Positions 41,970 to 52,059 of a stretch of 64,000 nucleotides of DNA are shown in pieces. Numbering within the stretch: position 1 is the stretch's first letter; each line of letters starts with the position of its first letter. Below the pieces are notes generated by a model. The model ran no database searches and was not told the origin of the DNA. It saw nothing but the letters and a program-made list of their open reading frames with translations. This stretch comes from Candidatus Poribacteria bacterium. GTDB taxonomy: Bacteria; Poribacteria; WGA-4E; PCPOR2b. The stretch is taken from positions 3,296,001 to 3,360,000 of the forward strand of contig OZ220744.1 in assembly GCA_965116925.1 (NCBI GenBank), given 5' to 3'. The position numbers and the translations under genes were made by a program.

Positions 41970-43949
41970 ATGTCAAACACCGATCAACTTACCGATCTAT
42001 TCACCGGAGTCTCCCAAACGATAAACGATACACGGACCTATCAAACCCGAAATGTCCACACAGTCTACACCTTTCCCGGCTATACCAAAGCCGAATGGAC
42101 GGCGAAAGCGGCGGAGCTTCGGGAACATATTTTGGTCAGCAACGGACTGACCCCGATGCCCGAAAAAACGCCGTTGAATGCCCATATCTTCGGACGGGTT
42201 GAACGCGAAGATTATACCGTCGAGAAGGTCTACTTTGAAGCCTATCCCGGTTTCTTCACAACCGGAAACCTCTACCGTCCAAAAGGGGTGAAAGGACCGT
42301 TTCCGGGAATTGTCAGTCCGCACGGACATTGGGGCAGAGGACGGTTAGAGAACAGCGAAGCCGGTTCAGTCCCCGGTCGTTGTATCAACTTTGCCAAGCA
42401 GGGCTACGTGATCTTTTCGTATGACATGGTCGGACGCTGCGACAGCGGGAAGCAGATTGATCATGCCTACGGCGGAGAACGCGAAGCACTCTGGGGCTTG
42501 AGTCTGATGGCACTCCAGTTGCGGAACGCGATTCGAGCTGTTGATTTCCTAGAGACGTTGCCCGATGTGGACAACGATCGAATTGGCTGCACCGGCGCAT
42601 CGGGTGGCGGAACACAAACGTTCATGCTCACGGCAGTCGATGACCGTATCAAAGTGTCCGCCCCGGTCAACATGATCTCCGCACACATGCAGGGCGGTTG
42701 CCTCTGTGAAAACGCACCGAACCTGCGACTGGACATCAGTAACATCGAAATCGGTGCGCTGATGGCACCCAAGCCGCTGTTACTCGTTTCTGCGACGGGG
42801 GATTGGACGAAGGATACGCCCAAAGTCGAGTATCCGGCGATTCGTAGTATCTACGCGCATTTCGACGCAGAGGATAAGGTACATGAGGTGCAGATCGACG
42901 CAGACCATAACTACAACAAAGACAGCCGTGAGGCGGTCTATGCTTGGTTCGGCAAATGGTTCTTAGGCGAAGAAGACGCAACAAAATTCAAAGAGGTGCC
43001 CTTTGAGGTAGAACGAGACGAAGCCTTGCTGGTCTTTCATAGCCGAGAACTGCCTGAGAGCGCGCTTGATGCCGAAGGACTCACCCGTTCATGGATCGAA
43101 AGTGCCGAAAAACAACTCGCAGCGCGTAAACCAACCGACGCAGCATCACTTGGGCGATTCCGTGAAGAGATGGGAGCCGCGCTCCGGCGTTCGCTCGCAA
43201 TCTCTACCCCCGACTCGACCCGCCCCAATCCCCTTGAAGTGGGCGATTTCACCGCGCAACCCTTTCTGATTGGAGGGAATAATCCGCTTCCCTCACTGTT
43301 CTTGACACCCAAAGCGGGGCAAGAGAACAGTTCGACCACACTGATTGTCCACCCGCAAGGAGCGATGAATCTAATCAACCCTGAAACTGGTGAACCGACG
43401 CGGTTGGTGGCGGATCTCCTCGCGGTTGGGGAGTCGATCTTAGGGGTAGATCCGTTTCTGACCGGCGCATACAGTGCCGCGGACGGAAAAGTGATACGGG
43501 ATACGAATGACCGATACTTTACCACCTACAACCGCACCGACGCCGCTCTCCGAGTTCAGGATATTGTGACTGCATTAACATATCTGAAATCGCAGATAGC
43601 TGTGTCAAACCTTAACTTGATTGGACTTGGGGAAGCGGGCTTATGGTGCCTCCTCGCTGCCGGGTTTGCCGATGTAGACCGTACCGTTATTGATGCTAAT
43701 GGATTCGACAGCGATAACGACGCAGCGTACCTCCGTACCCTGCCTATTCCGAGCATTCGGCGTGTCGGCGATTTTCGCACGGCAGGAACGCTTGTTGCAC
43801 CACGCCATCTACTTATCCACAATACTAGCACCACCTTTCAGACCAATTGGATCAAGGATGTGTATCGTGCCGTTGATGCCGCAGATCGGCTACGAGTGGA
43901 GAAGGAAGCGATATCAGAGGCAGATATCGCAGCATGGCTTACAGAATAA
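41970..43949 (+). CDS. Two-domain alpha/beta hydrolase (acetyl xylan esterase-like)
   Basis: PHGHW, GASGGG nucleophile elbow, HNY; an alternative start is at 41958. Confidence 0.8.
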   Translation: MSNTDQLTDLFTGVSQTINDTRTYQTRNVHTVYTFPGYTKAEWTAKAAELREHILVSNGLTPMPEKTPLNAHIFGRVEREDYTVEKVYFEAYPGFFTTGNLYRPKGVKGPFPGIVSPHGHWGRGRLENSEAGSVPGRCINFAKQGYVIFSYDMVGRCDSGKQIDHAYGGEREALWGLSLMALQLRNAIRAVDFLETLPDVDNDRIGCTGASGGGTQTFMLTAVDDRIKVSAPVNMISAHMQGGCLCENAPNLRLDISNIEIGALMAPKPLLLVSATGDWTKDTPKVEYPAIRSIYAHFDAEDKVHEVQIDADHNYNKDSREAVYAWFGKWFLGEEDATKFKEVPFEVERDEALLVFHSRELPESALDAEGLTRSWIESAEKQLAARKPTDAASLGRFREEMGAALRRSLAISTPDSTRPNPLEVGDFTAQPFLIGGNNPLPSLFLTPKAGQENSSTTLIVHPQGAMNLINPETGEPTRLVADLLAVGESILGVDPFLTGAYSAADGKVIRDTNDRYFTTYNRTDAALRVQDIVTALTYLKSQIAVSNLNLIGLGEAGLWCLLAAGFADVDRTVIDANGFDSDNDAAYLRTLPIPSIRRVGDFRTAGTLVAPRHLLIHNTSTTFQTNWIKDVYRAVDAADRLRVEKEAISEADIAAWLTE

Positions 43950-44130
43950 CACGGGGTTCTGTTGACATTTGACACGTAGGTTGGGTTGAACGGTTAGCCG
44001 TCAATTCCTATCAAGCCCCATAGAGGCTCCGTCGTCCAACACCACCTGCTTATAGACAGATAAAGTGAAACCCAACTCCGTTTTGCATCGGGACGCTTCC
44101 CGTTCAAAAAACTGTTTCGTAAAAGTACGC

Positions 44131-44373
44131 TTTTGTACCACGATCTGTTAGATTGTGATCCCACCTTGCAAACTAACAGTTCGCGCTACATTTGGCAGAT
44201 TGCCTGATGATTACAGCGTTTGCCGAATTAGCAACATCAAAATCTCAACACGTCCTAGTACACTGTCAGGCAAATTATGATTGTCTATATGGATTGAGAC
44301 TCATAATACTTCGTAGGGGTCGGGTCACCCGACCCCCTTGTTGATATGCAAAACTTATATGACTGAGTACTAG
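44131..44373. mobile_element. Composite of repeat C and MITE B (B = 44255-44373)
   Basis: Same arrangement as 5038-5280. Confidence 0.8.
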
Positions 44374-44511
44374 TAGCACAGGTTTCTTAACCTGCGAATC
44401 ACGTTTCACACATCACGCGTTATTCTCCATATTCACGGGGAAAACGGAGAGTTTTGCAGTAATTTGTTTTATCCTATGAAGTCAACTCCCGCAAAACAGG
44501 AAAGTATATAC

Positions 44512-44540
44512 TTGACTGTGCCTCACTCTGATACTATAAT
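44512..44540 (+). promoter_or_regulatory. Sigma70-type promoter
   Basis: TTGACT-17 bp-TATAAT. Confidence 0.65.
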
Positions 44541-44597
44541 TATCACTAGGTGAGAACTTTCCCTCGTAATCGTATGTTAGGAGACCAAAACAAAGAT

Positions 44598-44951
44598 ATG
44601 AACGACCACATTCAGCACTACGCAGATAAACTAAAATACGAAACGGACTCTTGGGACCTCAACGAAGCGATACAGAATGACGAACGAGTCGTCGTAATTG
44701 ATGCGCGATCCCCCGAAGCATTCGCAGAAGCACATATTCCGGGCGCAATCAGCTTCCCACATCGAACCATGAACGAGGATTCAACAGCGAATCTGGATCG
44801 AGACGCACTTTATGTGACATACTGCGACGGTATCGGCTGCAATGCGTCAACAAAGGGCGCGCTGAATATGGCACGATTAGGATTTCGTGTGAAAGAACTT
44901 ATGGGAGGTTTGGACTGGTGGAAGCGAGACGGTTACCCCATCGAAACTTGA
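44598..44951 (+). CDS. Rhodanese-like domain protein
   Basis: IDAR, HIPGA, YCDGIGCNAS and GGLDWW. Confidence 0.88.
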   Translation: MNDHIQHYADKLKYETDSWDLNEAIQNDERVVVIDARSPEAFAEAHIPGAISFPHRTMNEDSTANLDRDALYVTYCDGIGCNASTKGALNMARLGFRVKELMGGLDWWKRDGYPIET

Positions 44952-45041
44952 AAAGCAGATTCGGTGTGAAAATCCTGTGATTATAGCTGATTCACGCTGC
45001 TAAAAGGTAATTTCCCATCGGCTAGTGAAGCACAAACCCTT

Positions 45042-45860
45042 ATGAACTTTCAAACGAGGTCATTATCAGAAAACTTCGGTGCGGAAATCCTTGATGTAGA
45101 TTTAACGCAGATCGATGCGGATATGGCAGAGACCGTTCTATCTGCTGTCCATAAGCACGCGCTCCTGCTGTTGCGCCGACAGTCCCTGCACGACGAAGAC
45201 ATCTATCGGCTGAGTGCGGCACTCGGTCCAGTCGAAGAACCGCCTGCCGCCAAAGACAACCACAGTCCCGGTTTCAAATCAATCGTCTACCTTGCCAATA
45301 TCAATAGTCTGGACGGAAGGCTCATCAGAGGAAACTTTGTTGAGAATACGGATGGCGGCTGGCACTCCGATCAGGCGTATCGGAAAAATCCCGCCACCCT
45401 GTCCACCCTGTTCTGCGTTATTGCTCCGGAATCCGGCGGGAGTACGAGCTTCACTAGCACTCGGCTGGGATACGAATCCCTGCCACCTGAACTCAAAGAT
45501 CGTCTCAAAAACATGAAAGTGCGGTACAGTCCGGGGGCATCGCACGGCGTCCCGGATATCGAAGTTACCCATCCCGCTGTCCTCGTCAATCCTAAGAGCG
45601 GGATCAAAACCCTCTACGTCGGTCCCGGCGCACGGGGTTTTGAGGGACTGGACAATGCAGAAGGGCGTGCCCTTAAAGAAGAGTTGCTGTCGTATCAATT
45701 TCGACCTGAACACATCTATCGGCACAACTGGCGCATGGGAGACATGCTCATTTACGATAACGCACACTTCCTTCACAGACGGGACGCATTTGAAGGGATC
45801 CGATTTCACAAAGCAACCCGTCTGTACCTTTCACCCGATCGGTTTGCCGTGCCGGACTAG
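45042..45860 (+). CDS. TauD/TfdA-family Fe(II)/2-oxoglutarate dioxygenase
   Basis: WHSD, HP.V and W..GD..IYDN...HR. Confidence 0.9.
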   Translation: MNFQTRSLSENFGAEILDVDLTQIDADMAETVLSAVHKHALLLLRRQSLHDEDIYRLSAALGPVEEPPAAKDNHSPGFKSIVYLANINSLDGRLIRGNFVENTDGGWHSDQAYRKNPATLSTLFCVIAPESGGSTSFTSTRLGYESLPPELKDRLKNMKVRYSPGASHGVPDIEVTHPAVLVNPKSGIKTLYVGPGARGFEGLDNAEGRALKEELLSYQFRPEHIYRHNWRMGDMLIYDNAHFLHRRDAFEGIRFHKATRLYLSPDRFAVPD

Positions 45861-45922
45861 CATAAGAATTGAATTCTTGAGGGCAACATTTTCAACTTGA
45901 GCAGAGCTTGATTGGATTGAAT

Positions 45923-46639
45923 ATGAATGAGAAAGAACCGTCACATTTGTCTTCAGATGAAATTGAAGAAATCGAAGAACTCACGCTACGCTGGATTTTT
46001 CAAGCGATTCTCGATTTTGGAATGGAAGCGCATGAGATATTCTTAAACTCGCCGGATAGTGTGAAAGATATTGCAGAAGATATTACAAGAGAATTGCTAG
46101 ACCGTCTTCCCGGATTTAATGTGCAACAAAGAATATACGGAACTGTTGATTATAAAAGGGCTAGATATATTATCTTACCAGAAAAAACGGTAAGGCAAGC
46201 CCTCTTTATAGATTCAAAAGCGGAGAAGGAGAATCGATCAGCGACTATACAAATGTCTCAAACCTCTATGTGGGTAAAACAGCGAAGAAGCGGTAGTCCT
46301 ATAAATGAGAAAGGTATCCTACCAGAAATATCTGAGTATGGAGGTAAAAATTACCTTACAACAACCTGTTTAGTACACTTTATGTACAGAGATGAATCGG
46401 GGATGCATCACTTAAAAGAAGTTAAAATTACATCAATTCCCAATGGAAAATTGCAAGACAGGTACAATCCAACTGTTGATGAAGGAATATGGCTAGCAGG
46501 ACGAAATGCTCCGACCCGTGGAGAAGATTTTAGGGTTCGAGTCAGTTTTGCTAAACTAAAACAAAAAGCGTCATGGCGAGTTCAAGTCATACATTATGAT
46601 GAAATTAACGGAGAGTGCAGAGGAAAATGGCAGTCATAG
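45923..46639 (+). CDS. Type II restriction endonuclease, SfiI family
   Basis: IAEDIT, G.VDYKR.R, IDSKA, VHF.Y, YNP, P.RGE..RVRV.F and WR match SfiI as recalled. Confidence 0.82.
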   Translation: MNEKEPSHLSSDEIEEIEELTLRWIFQAILDFGMEAHEIFLNSPDSVKDIAEDITRELLDRLPGFNVQQRIYGTVDYKRARYIILPEKTVRQALFIDSKAEKENRSATIQMSQTSMWVKQRRSGSPINEKGILPEISEYGGKNYLTTTCLVHFMYRDESGMHHLKEVKITSIPNGKLQDRYNPTVDEGIWLAGRNAPTRGEDFRVRVSFAKLKQKASWRVQVIHYDEINGECRGKWQS

Positions 46640-47646
46640 GTATTAAAGAATTCCTAGAAGAAAACCATATTTATCATGGTGATTCCCGGGTACTTTTGAA
46701 GAATATTAAACCCGACTCAATCGCACTAAGCACTTGGTCCCCCCCATACTTTGTCGGGAAATCATACGAAAAAGATCTGTCCTTTACGGAATGGAAAAAT
46801 TTACTGCAAGAGGTAATCAAGCAACATTTTCCAATTATAAAACCGGGAGGATTCCTAGCTATCAATATCGCCGATATTTTATGCTTCAAAGATCAATCAA
46901 TGCCAAAAATCATGGCAGAAAATGTATCTCGAAGAAAAGTCGAACTCACTAAGGAACAAATAGTAGAAGTCAAGCGCAAACACCCCACATGGAATAGATA
47001 CGAACTCGCAGCATATTTTGGGTGCAGTGAACAAACCATTGATAGACGACTTAACGGAAATAACATTAGAGGTGGAAAGTATCAAACGCAGACACGAGTT
47101 TTTTTGGTTAGCGGTCTGATCGAGGAGGCGGCTAACGAAGCGGGTTTCTACTTGTACGATCGGCGCGTCTGGGTGAAAGATGCAGCATGGGAGAATTCAA
47201 AATGGCATACAATCTCTTATCGGTCTGTTGACGAGTTTGAATATATTTATATATTCTGGAAGCCAGGTATTACTAAGGTTGATCGTTTTCGACTGACGAA
47301 GCAAGAATGGGTCAACTGGGGTTCGAGAGCGGTTTGGGAAATCCCTTCAGTTCGCAGCAATACTGATCACGAATCAAAATTTCCTGTTGAACTACCGAGA
47401 AGAATCATAAGGTTATTGACAGAAACCGGTGATATTGTCCTTGATTGTTTTATTGGCAGTGGAACAACGGCACTGGCGGCAATTAGCGAAGGCAGGAAAT
47501 ATATCGGAATTGATAAAGAGAAAAAATCTGTGAAGATTGCATTAGATGCCGTTTCTTCTTTTGAACAACTCAGTAAGGAACCAGAACAGATGGATCTTTT
47601 CATTCGTGATATAGAAGAAAGATATGACACAAAGGCGCGTACCTAA
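46627..47646 (+). CDS. N4-cytosine/N6-adenine beta-class DNA methyltransferase with an internal HTH-like segment
   Basis: SPPY, H...FP and LDCFIGSGTT; overlaps the endonuclease stop. Confidence 0.9.
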   Translation: MAVIGIKEFLEENHIYHGDSRVLLKNIKPDSIALSTWSPPYFVGKSYEKDLSFTEWKNLLQEVIKQHFPIIKPGGFLAINIADILCFKDQSMPKIMAENVSRRKVELTKEQIVEVKRKHPTWNRYELAAYFGCSEQTIDRRLNGNNIRGGKYQTQTRVFLVSGLIEEAANEAGFYLYDRRVWVKDAAWENSKWHTISYRSVDEFEYIYIFWKPGITKVDRFRLTKQEWVNWGSRAVWEIPSVRSNTDHESKFPVELPRRIIRLLTETGDIVLDCFIGSGTTALAAISEGRKYIGIDKEKKSVKIALDAVSSFEQLSKEPEQMDLFIRDIEERYDTKART

Positions 47647-47666
47647 GATAGTTGAGGTGATTATCA

Positions 47667-47876
47667 ATGATTCACAATGATCAAGAACTTGAAGTAACCA
47701 AGGAACGCATCAGGTACTTTCAGCAACAAGTCGAAAGGCTCCGACAGGTTGAAACAAAGCCGCAGAATTATCAATTATCAGCAGGGGGCTTTCTTGCGGA
47801 AATCGATCGGATGAATCTTGAAGTGAGAGAGTATCTTTCACTTCATCCAAGTGAACTGAAAGAACGGGTCGCTTGA
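47667..47876 (+). CDS. Small helical hypothetical protein
   Basis: GAGGTGA RBS; 69-aa ORF. Confidence 0.65.
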   Translation: MIHNDQELEVTKERIRYFQQQVERLRQVETKPQNYQLSAGGFLAEIDRMNLEVREYLSLHPSELKERVA

Positions 47877-47954
47877 GTTGTCGATAAACTTCTGCCGTAC
47901 TTGACCGATTCATTGAAAGACTGAACACGCTTCGCTCAGAAATGGAGGAGACCA

Positions 47955-48404
47955 ATGAATATCCGCAGTCCCTATGACCAACTCGCTGGCTGCACATGGT
48001 TCGCAAGAATTGTTGACAAAATTCGGCGTGATCAGGAAGGCACTTTAAGCGAAGAGTATCAGGAATATCTCTGTAATCCGAGTGCAACGGATGGATTGTT
48101 CCTGTATTTTTTCGACATAGATTCCGATGAATTTGTCGACAATGTATGCAAACATTTGGCCGATGAGGATCTTGAGAGGTGGTTTTTGGGATTGCATAGT
48201 GTGACACCAGAAATAGTCAGTCAGTGGAACGATTTCGCTGTGTCGCTCGGATCTAATGGAGAGCGTTCCCGTTTAATGTTTGAAGAGGCTTTGAACAACA
48301 TCTACTCAGAGTGCGACGACCCTGAGGTTCAGACGTTCTATGACCTTATCGACTGGGATGAGGGCAAATTCCCCAACCCCAAAAGGGAACAGTATTTCGC
48401 TTAA
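47955..48404 (+). CDS. DUF5069-like protein
   Basis: RSPY..LAG..WFARIVDKIR and terminal D.DEG; GGAGGAG RBS. Confidence 0.65.
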   Translation: MNIRSPYDQLAGCTWFARIVDKIRRDQEGTLSEEYQEYLCNPSATDGLFLYFFDIDSDEFVDNVCKHLADEDLERWFLGLHSVTPEIVSQWNDFAVSLGSNGERSRLMFEEALNNIYSECDDPEVQTFYDLIDWDEGKFPNPKREQYFA

Positions 48405-48445
48405 CTCGTTACTGAAGTCGATGTCGGGTGTCGTAGCTTTATCAA

Positions 48446-48599
48446 CAGGACTTACGCACCTCATATTGTAGTTGCCCGATTCATCGGGCGTTTCGGGTTA
48501 TGGTCAGAATCCATACCCATCGTAGGCGGGGCATCTTGCCCCGCGTTGGCGCTGAAGTATCAAACTACAAAACCTCAGCGTTCAACTGCGTAAGTCCTA
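48446..48599. mobile_element. MITE-like element, family D (complete)
   Basis: AGGACTTACGCA...TGCGTAAGTCCT perfect inverted termini. Confidence 0.8.
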
Positions 48600-48620
48600 A
48601 TCAATTTAGAATGGGGAGCT

Positions 48621-49358
48621 TTGAGCATGAACAACGCAAAAGCCATTATACCATTCGGCTTCTTGCTCGCGCTCGGTCTTGTGATTTCGACACATCTCGT
48701 TACCAATGCGATGCGGGATATACGGATGTCTCACCAGATTATCAAGGTTAGGGGATATGCCGAGACTCAAGTCGAATCGGACTTGGCGATATGGAACATG
48801 ACGGTCAAAGCAAGGGATAGGGATATGGAAGACGCATATTCGGATCTTGCTAGATATCGTGAGAAGGTGTTAGATTTTCTAGAGGAGAGTGGTGTAGAAA
48901 CCCAACAGATAAAAATTCTCTCAGTCGATGTGGATGAACACAAGAAGTTAACGGAAAAGGGACACAAAACAAGCAAGACGGAGACATTTGAACTCTCTCA
49001 AGGAATCGAGGTTAAATCGAGGGATGTGCAAAAGGTATCCAAAATATCAACGGCGGTTGCAGATCTGCTGGGCAAAGGCATCGAATTACAGGCGGGAACG
49101 CCTCGCTATTATTACATGCAAGTGAACGAGTTGAAGAGTGAGTTACTGGTGGCAGCAACAAAAGACGCACGGATGCGAGCGCAGACACTCGCTGAAGGCA
49201 GTGGAGTAAAGCTGGGACCACTCCGCGCAGCGCGTCAGGGGGTATTCAGTGTGCGTTCTGCAGATTCCAGCAGTGTTTCCGAGAGAAGCCGTGATGATGT
49301 CTCGTCCATTTCCAAGAAGGTTACTGCTATAGTGACAGTCGATTACGCGATGCAATAG
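48621..49358 (+). CDS. SIMPL (DUF541) domain protein
   Basis: N-terminal TM; I.VRG.AE..V.SD.A.W; ATKDAR.RA..LA; A.QGVF. Confidence 0.8.
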   Translation: MSMNNAKAIIPFGFLLALGLVISTHLVTNAMRDIRMSHQIIKVRGYAETQVESDLAIWNMTVKARDRDMEDAYSDLARYREKVLDFLEESGVETQQIKILSVDVDEHKKLTEKGHKTSKTETFELSQGIEVKSRDVQKVSKISTAVADLLGKGIELQAGTPRYYYMQVNELKSELLVAATKDARMRAQTLAEGSGVKLGPLRAARQGVFSVRSADSSSVSERSRDDVSSISKKVTAIVTVDYAMQ

Positions 49359-49576
49359 AGTAAGGGAGTTGTAGCGCAGATTTCCCAATCTGCGATTGCC
49401 TTCGATGCAGAATCGGAGGAGGTTGTGTGTCAAGTGTGTAGTGCAACAGCGCGTAGGTTGGGTTGAACGGAAATCCATAAAGAATTGTACGCAGCAGAGA
49501 GGCTTTTGAGATTTCATGCCACTTGAAATTTCTGAGCTACGAGTGAAACCCAACGCCTCATCTAATTATCAGCTAT

Positions 49577-50113
49577 ATGTCAAACAACATGCCACAATCA
49601 GCACTCGGTGTCACTGTTCCAGAAGCGGAACCTTGGGTAAAAGATCTACGTGAACGCTACGATCCAACTGCTGCAGCTGGAGTGCCTGCACATGTCACAG
49701 TGCTTTTCCCGTTCATACCGCCTGATTTACTCACAGACAGCGATCTCGCTAAAACCACCAAAACATTTCAGCGTTTTCGACCCTTTGAGTTCAGGCTGGA
49801 GCAAGTTGGTCAATTCCCCGAATCCCTTTATCTTGTACCTGAACCCGATGAACCGTTCATTTCGCTCACCGAAGCGATTGTGCGCCAATTCCCTGAATAT
49901 CCACCTTACGGCGGCAAATTCACCGAGATCGTTCCACACCTGACAGTTGCGAACAGGAGTGCGAAGTTCTCAGCCATTGCAGAGATGGAGCTCTCGGCGA
50001 TAATGAAGGAGTTAGGACCAATCCATGCGGTTTGCAATGTTGTCGAATTATATGAAAACTCAAGCGGACACTGGAGGTGGGCGCAGTCCTTCCCTCTCCA
50101 AAATGGTGCCTAA
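49577..50113 (+). CDS. 2H phosphoesterase (2'-5' RNA ligase family)
   Basis: Paired HVTV and HLTV motifs. Confidence 0.85.
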   Translation: MSNNMPQSALGVTVPEAEPWVKDLRERYDPTAAAGVPAHVTVLFPFIPPDLLTDSDLAKTTKTFQRFRPFEFRLEQVGQFPESLYLVPEPDEPFISLTEAIVRQFPEYPPYGGKFTEIVPHLTVANRSAKFSAIAEMELSAIMKELGPIHAVCNVVELYENSSGHWRWAQSFPLQNGA

Positions 50114-50129
50114 CAACACAAGCAAACCA

Positions 50130-50591
50130 ATGCTATATCGCATAATCTTACTATGCGCTACATTCTCCCTGCTGCTTGGTTGTATACTCAAAGACGATGA
50201 GCGATTGACTAATATTCAGTCGGAACTGGATCAGAATCGGAAGAGGTGGGCATCGGCGGTGGTGTCTAATTATGAATTTAATTTCCGATGGAAGTGTTAT
50301 TGCTCAGAGGAATTTGTGGAGCCAGTTAACATCTCCGTGCGTGAAAACAGGATTGTTGATGTCGCTTTTGTGGCAGATGATGTTCCATTTACCATGATAG
50401 GTCTCTGGGAGTACCAGACAGTTGATAAACTTTTTGATCTCCTGCAAGAGGCAGTTGATAAGAATGCACACAGCATTTCAGTTGACTATCACTCTGAATT
50501 AGGCTATCCCGTAAGGGCGTCAATTGATTATGAGGAGTACACCGTTGACGAAGAGAAAGGCTTTGAGATCGATAGTTTGTCTATAGAATGA
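50130..50591 (+). CDS. Putative lipoprotein (DUF6174-like)
   Basis: LLGC lipobox; C.C, TVD.LF, Y....GYP and DEE motifs. Confidence 0.65.
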   Translation: MLYRIILLCATFSLLLGCILKDDERLTNIQSELDQNRKRWASAVVSNYEFNFRWKCYCSEEFVEPVNISVRENRIVDVAFVADDVPFTMIGLWEYQTVDKLFDLLQEAVDKNAHSISVDYHSELGYPVRASIDYEEYTVDEEKGFEIDSLSIE

Positions 50592-50627
50592 CTACAACCC
50601 TTACGACTGCCATAGAGAAGATATACA

Positions 50628-51071
50628 ATGCTCATCATCCAAAACATCGTTACGAAAGATACCAAACACTATCCACGAGAGCGAGACACCGTATATCTCA
50701 ATTGGGAGGCTCGCCAAAAATGCCGGCAGCGGCTCAGAACGAAAGCCGGACGAGAGATTGGGCTTGCACTACCCACCGGCACCCGCTTGTCGCCCGGCGA
50801 CGTTTTGTGTCGGGATGCGGACGTTGAAATCGTCGTCGAGGGAAAGCCAGAGAAGGTGTTTGCCCTTCGTCCTCAGAAACGCGAGACTTTCGGTCTCATC
50901 TGCTACCAGATCGGAAACCTGCATCGCCCCATCGGATTCGATGATGGCGCGATTCTTGTCCCTTACGAACCTGTTCTCGAAAAACAATTCACCCGGCTCG
51001 GATTCACCTATACCGTTGAGGAACGGGTATTCACAGGTGTCCCCCAACAATCACAGTCCCATGTCCACTGA
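50628..51071 (+). CDS. ureE: Urease accessory protein UreE
   Basis: R.RLRT..G.EIGL.LP, L.PGDVL and YQIGNLH. Confidence 0.85.
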   Translation: MLIIQNIVTKDTKHYPRERDTVYLNWEARQKCRQRLRTKAGREIGLALPTGTRLSPGDVLCRDADVEIVVEGKPEKVFALRPQKRETFGLICYQIGNLHRPIGFDDGAILVPYEPVLEKQFTRLGFTYTVEERVFTGVPQQSQSHVH

Positions 51072-51759
51072 TACCGCCCCACCGGGCAAATCCCTATTGA
51101 CACTCCTGCAGCTCACCGACAGTTTCTTTCCCACAGGTGCGTTCGCCCACTCCTTCGGTTTGGAAACCTACGTGCAGCATGAGCTTGTCAACGACCCTGA
51201 AACATTTGAGATGTTTCTCCGATCAACGCTCCATCACGGCGTCCGAAACGGTGATGCGGTTGCTATCGGGCTGACCTATAAGGCAATCGGGATCGAAGGG
51301 GTTGTTGACCTCGATGCGCGGCTCACTGCGATGAAGATTGCCCGTGAATTACGGGAGGGGAGCATCAAAATCGGCAAGCAATTCCTCCGAAACGCCGCGA
51401 TCCTTGAACGAAACGAAAAGCTAGACGAATATACCACGGAGGTTCGATCGGGCAGATGTACCGGACACCACGCAATCGCTTACGGCTTGGTCACGGCCGC
51501 AGCAAAGATTGACCTATTCTCAGCGGTACTCGGTTATCTGCACGCCCACATTGTCGGGCAGGTTTCCGCTGCGGTGCGATTGATTCCACTGAAGCCGACA
51601 GACGGACAAGGGATAATCCAAAGTATTCGCCCTGATCTTACTGACATCGCCCGGTTTGCTGAGGGAGCGGGCATGGACGATCTGGGCGGTTTTACACCGG
51701 GGCTTGATATCCGCGGTATGCAGCACGAAAGGCTATATTCAAGGCTATTTATCTCCTAA
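51061..51759 (+). CDS. ureF: Urease accessory protein UreF
   Basis: LLQLTDSFFPTGAFAHSFGLE and terminal HERLYSRLFIS. Confidence 0.92.
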   Translation: MSTDTAPPGKSLLTLLQLTDSFFPTGAFAHSFGLETYVQHELVNDPETFEMFLRSTLHHGVRNGDAVAIGLTYKAIGIEGVVDLDARLTAMKIARELREGSIKIGKQFLRNAAILERNEKLDEYTTEVRSGRCTGHHAIAYGLVTAAAKIDLFSAVLGYLHAHIVGQVSAAVRLIPLKPTDGQGIIQSIRPDLTDIARFAEGAGMDDLGGFTPGLDIRGMQHERLYSRLFIS

Positions 51760-51810
51760 CTCAGGGCAGACCAATGTAGGGGCAGCCCTTGTGGCTGCCC
51801 TTTTTCGGAA

Positions 51811-52044
51811 AACTTTCGCCCCCGGTAGGTGCGGTTTGCAACCGCACCGAATTCAATCAAACCCGGTAGGTGCGGTTTCATGAGATTTAAGTATTTAAAT
51901 CGGTAATCCCTATTTTCCTCGAAACATACGGTAGGCGCGGTTTTCAACCGCGCCGGCATCGCTAGCAAATTACCGAATTATTTTTTTAATTTTCATCTAA
52001 CCGCACCGGTTTGGAGGGGCTCATTAATTCTCAGGTCCACTATA
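51811..52044. mobile_element. Partial family A MITE with a nested 119-bp insert (51879-51997), between ureF and ureG
   Basis: Similar to the right part of 19758-20071; ends CCACTATA. Confidence 0.7.
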
Positions 52045-52059
52045 AAAGGACAGCGCTCC

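Noticed and set aside
47650..50600. Run of short unrelated genes with GCCTAAC or GCTTAAC at some stops, suggesting integron cassettes
   Set aside because: I could not find matching GTTRRRY ends or attC hairpins, and there is no integrase in the window
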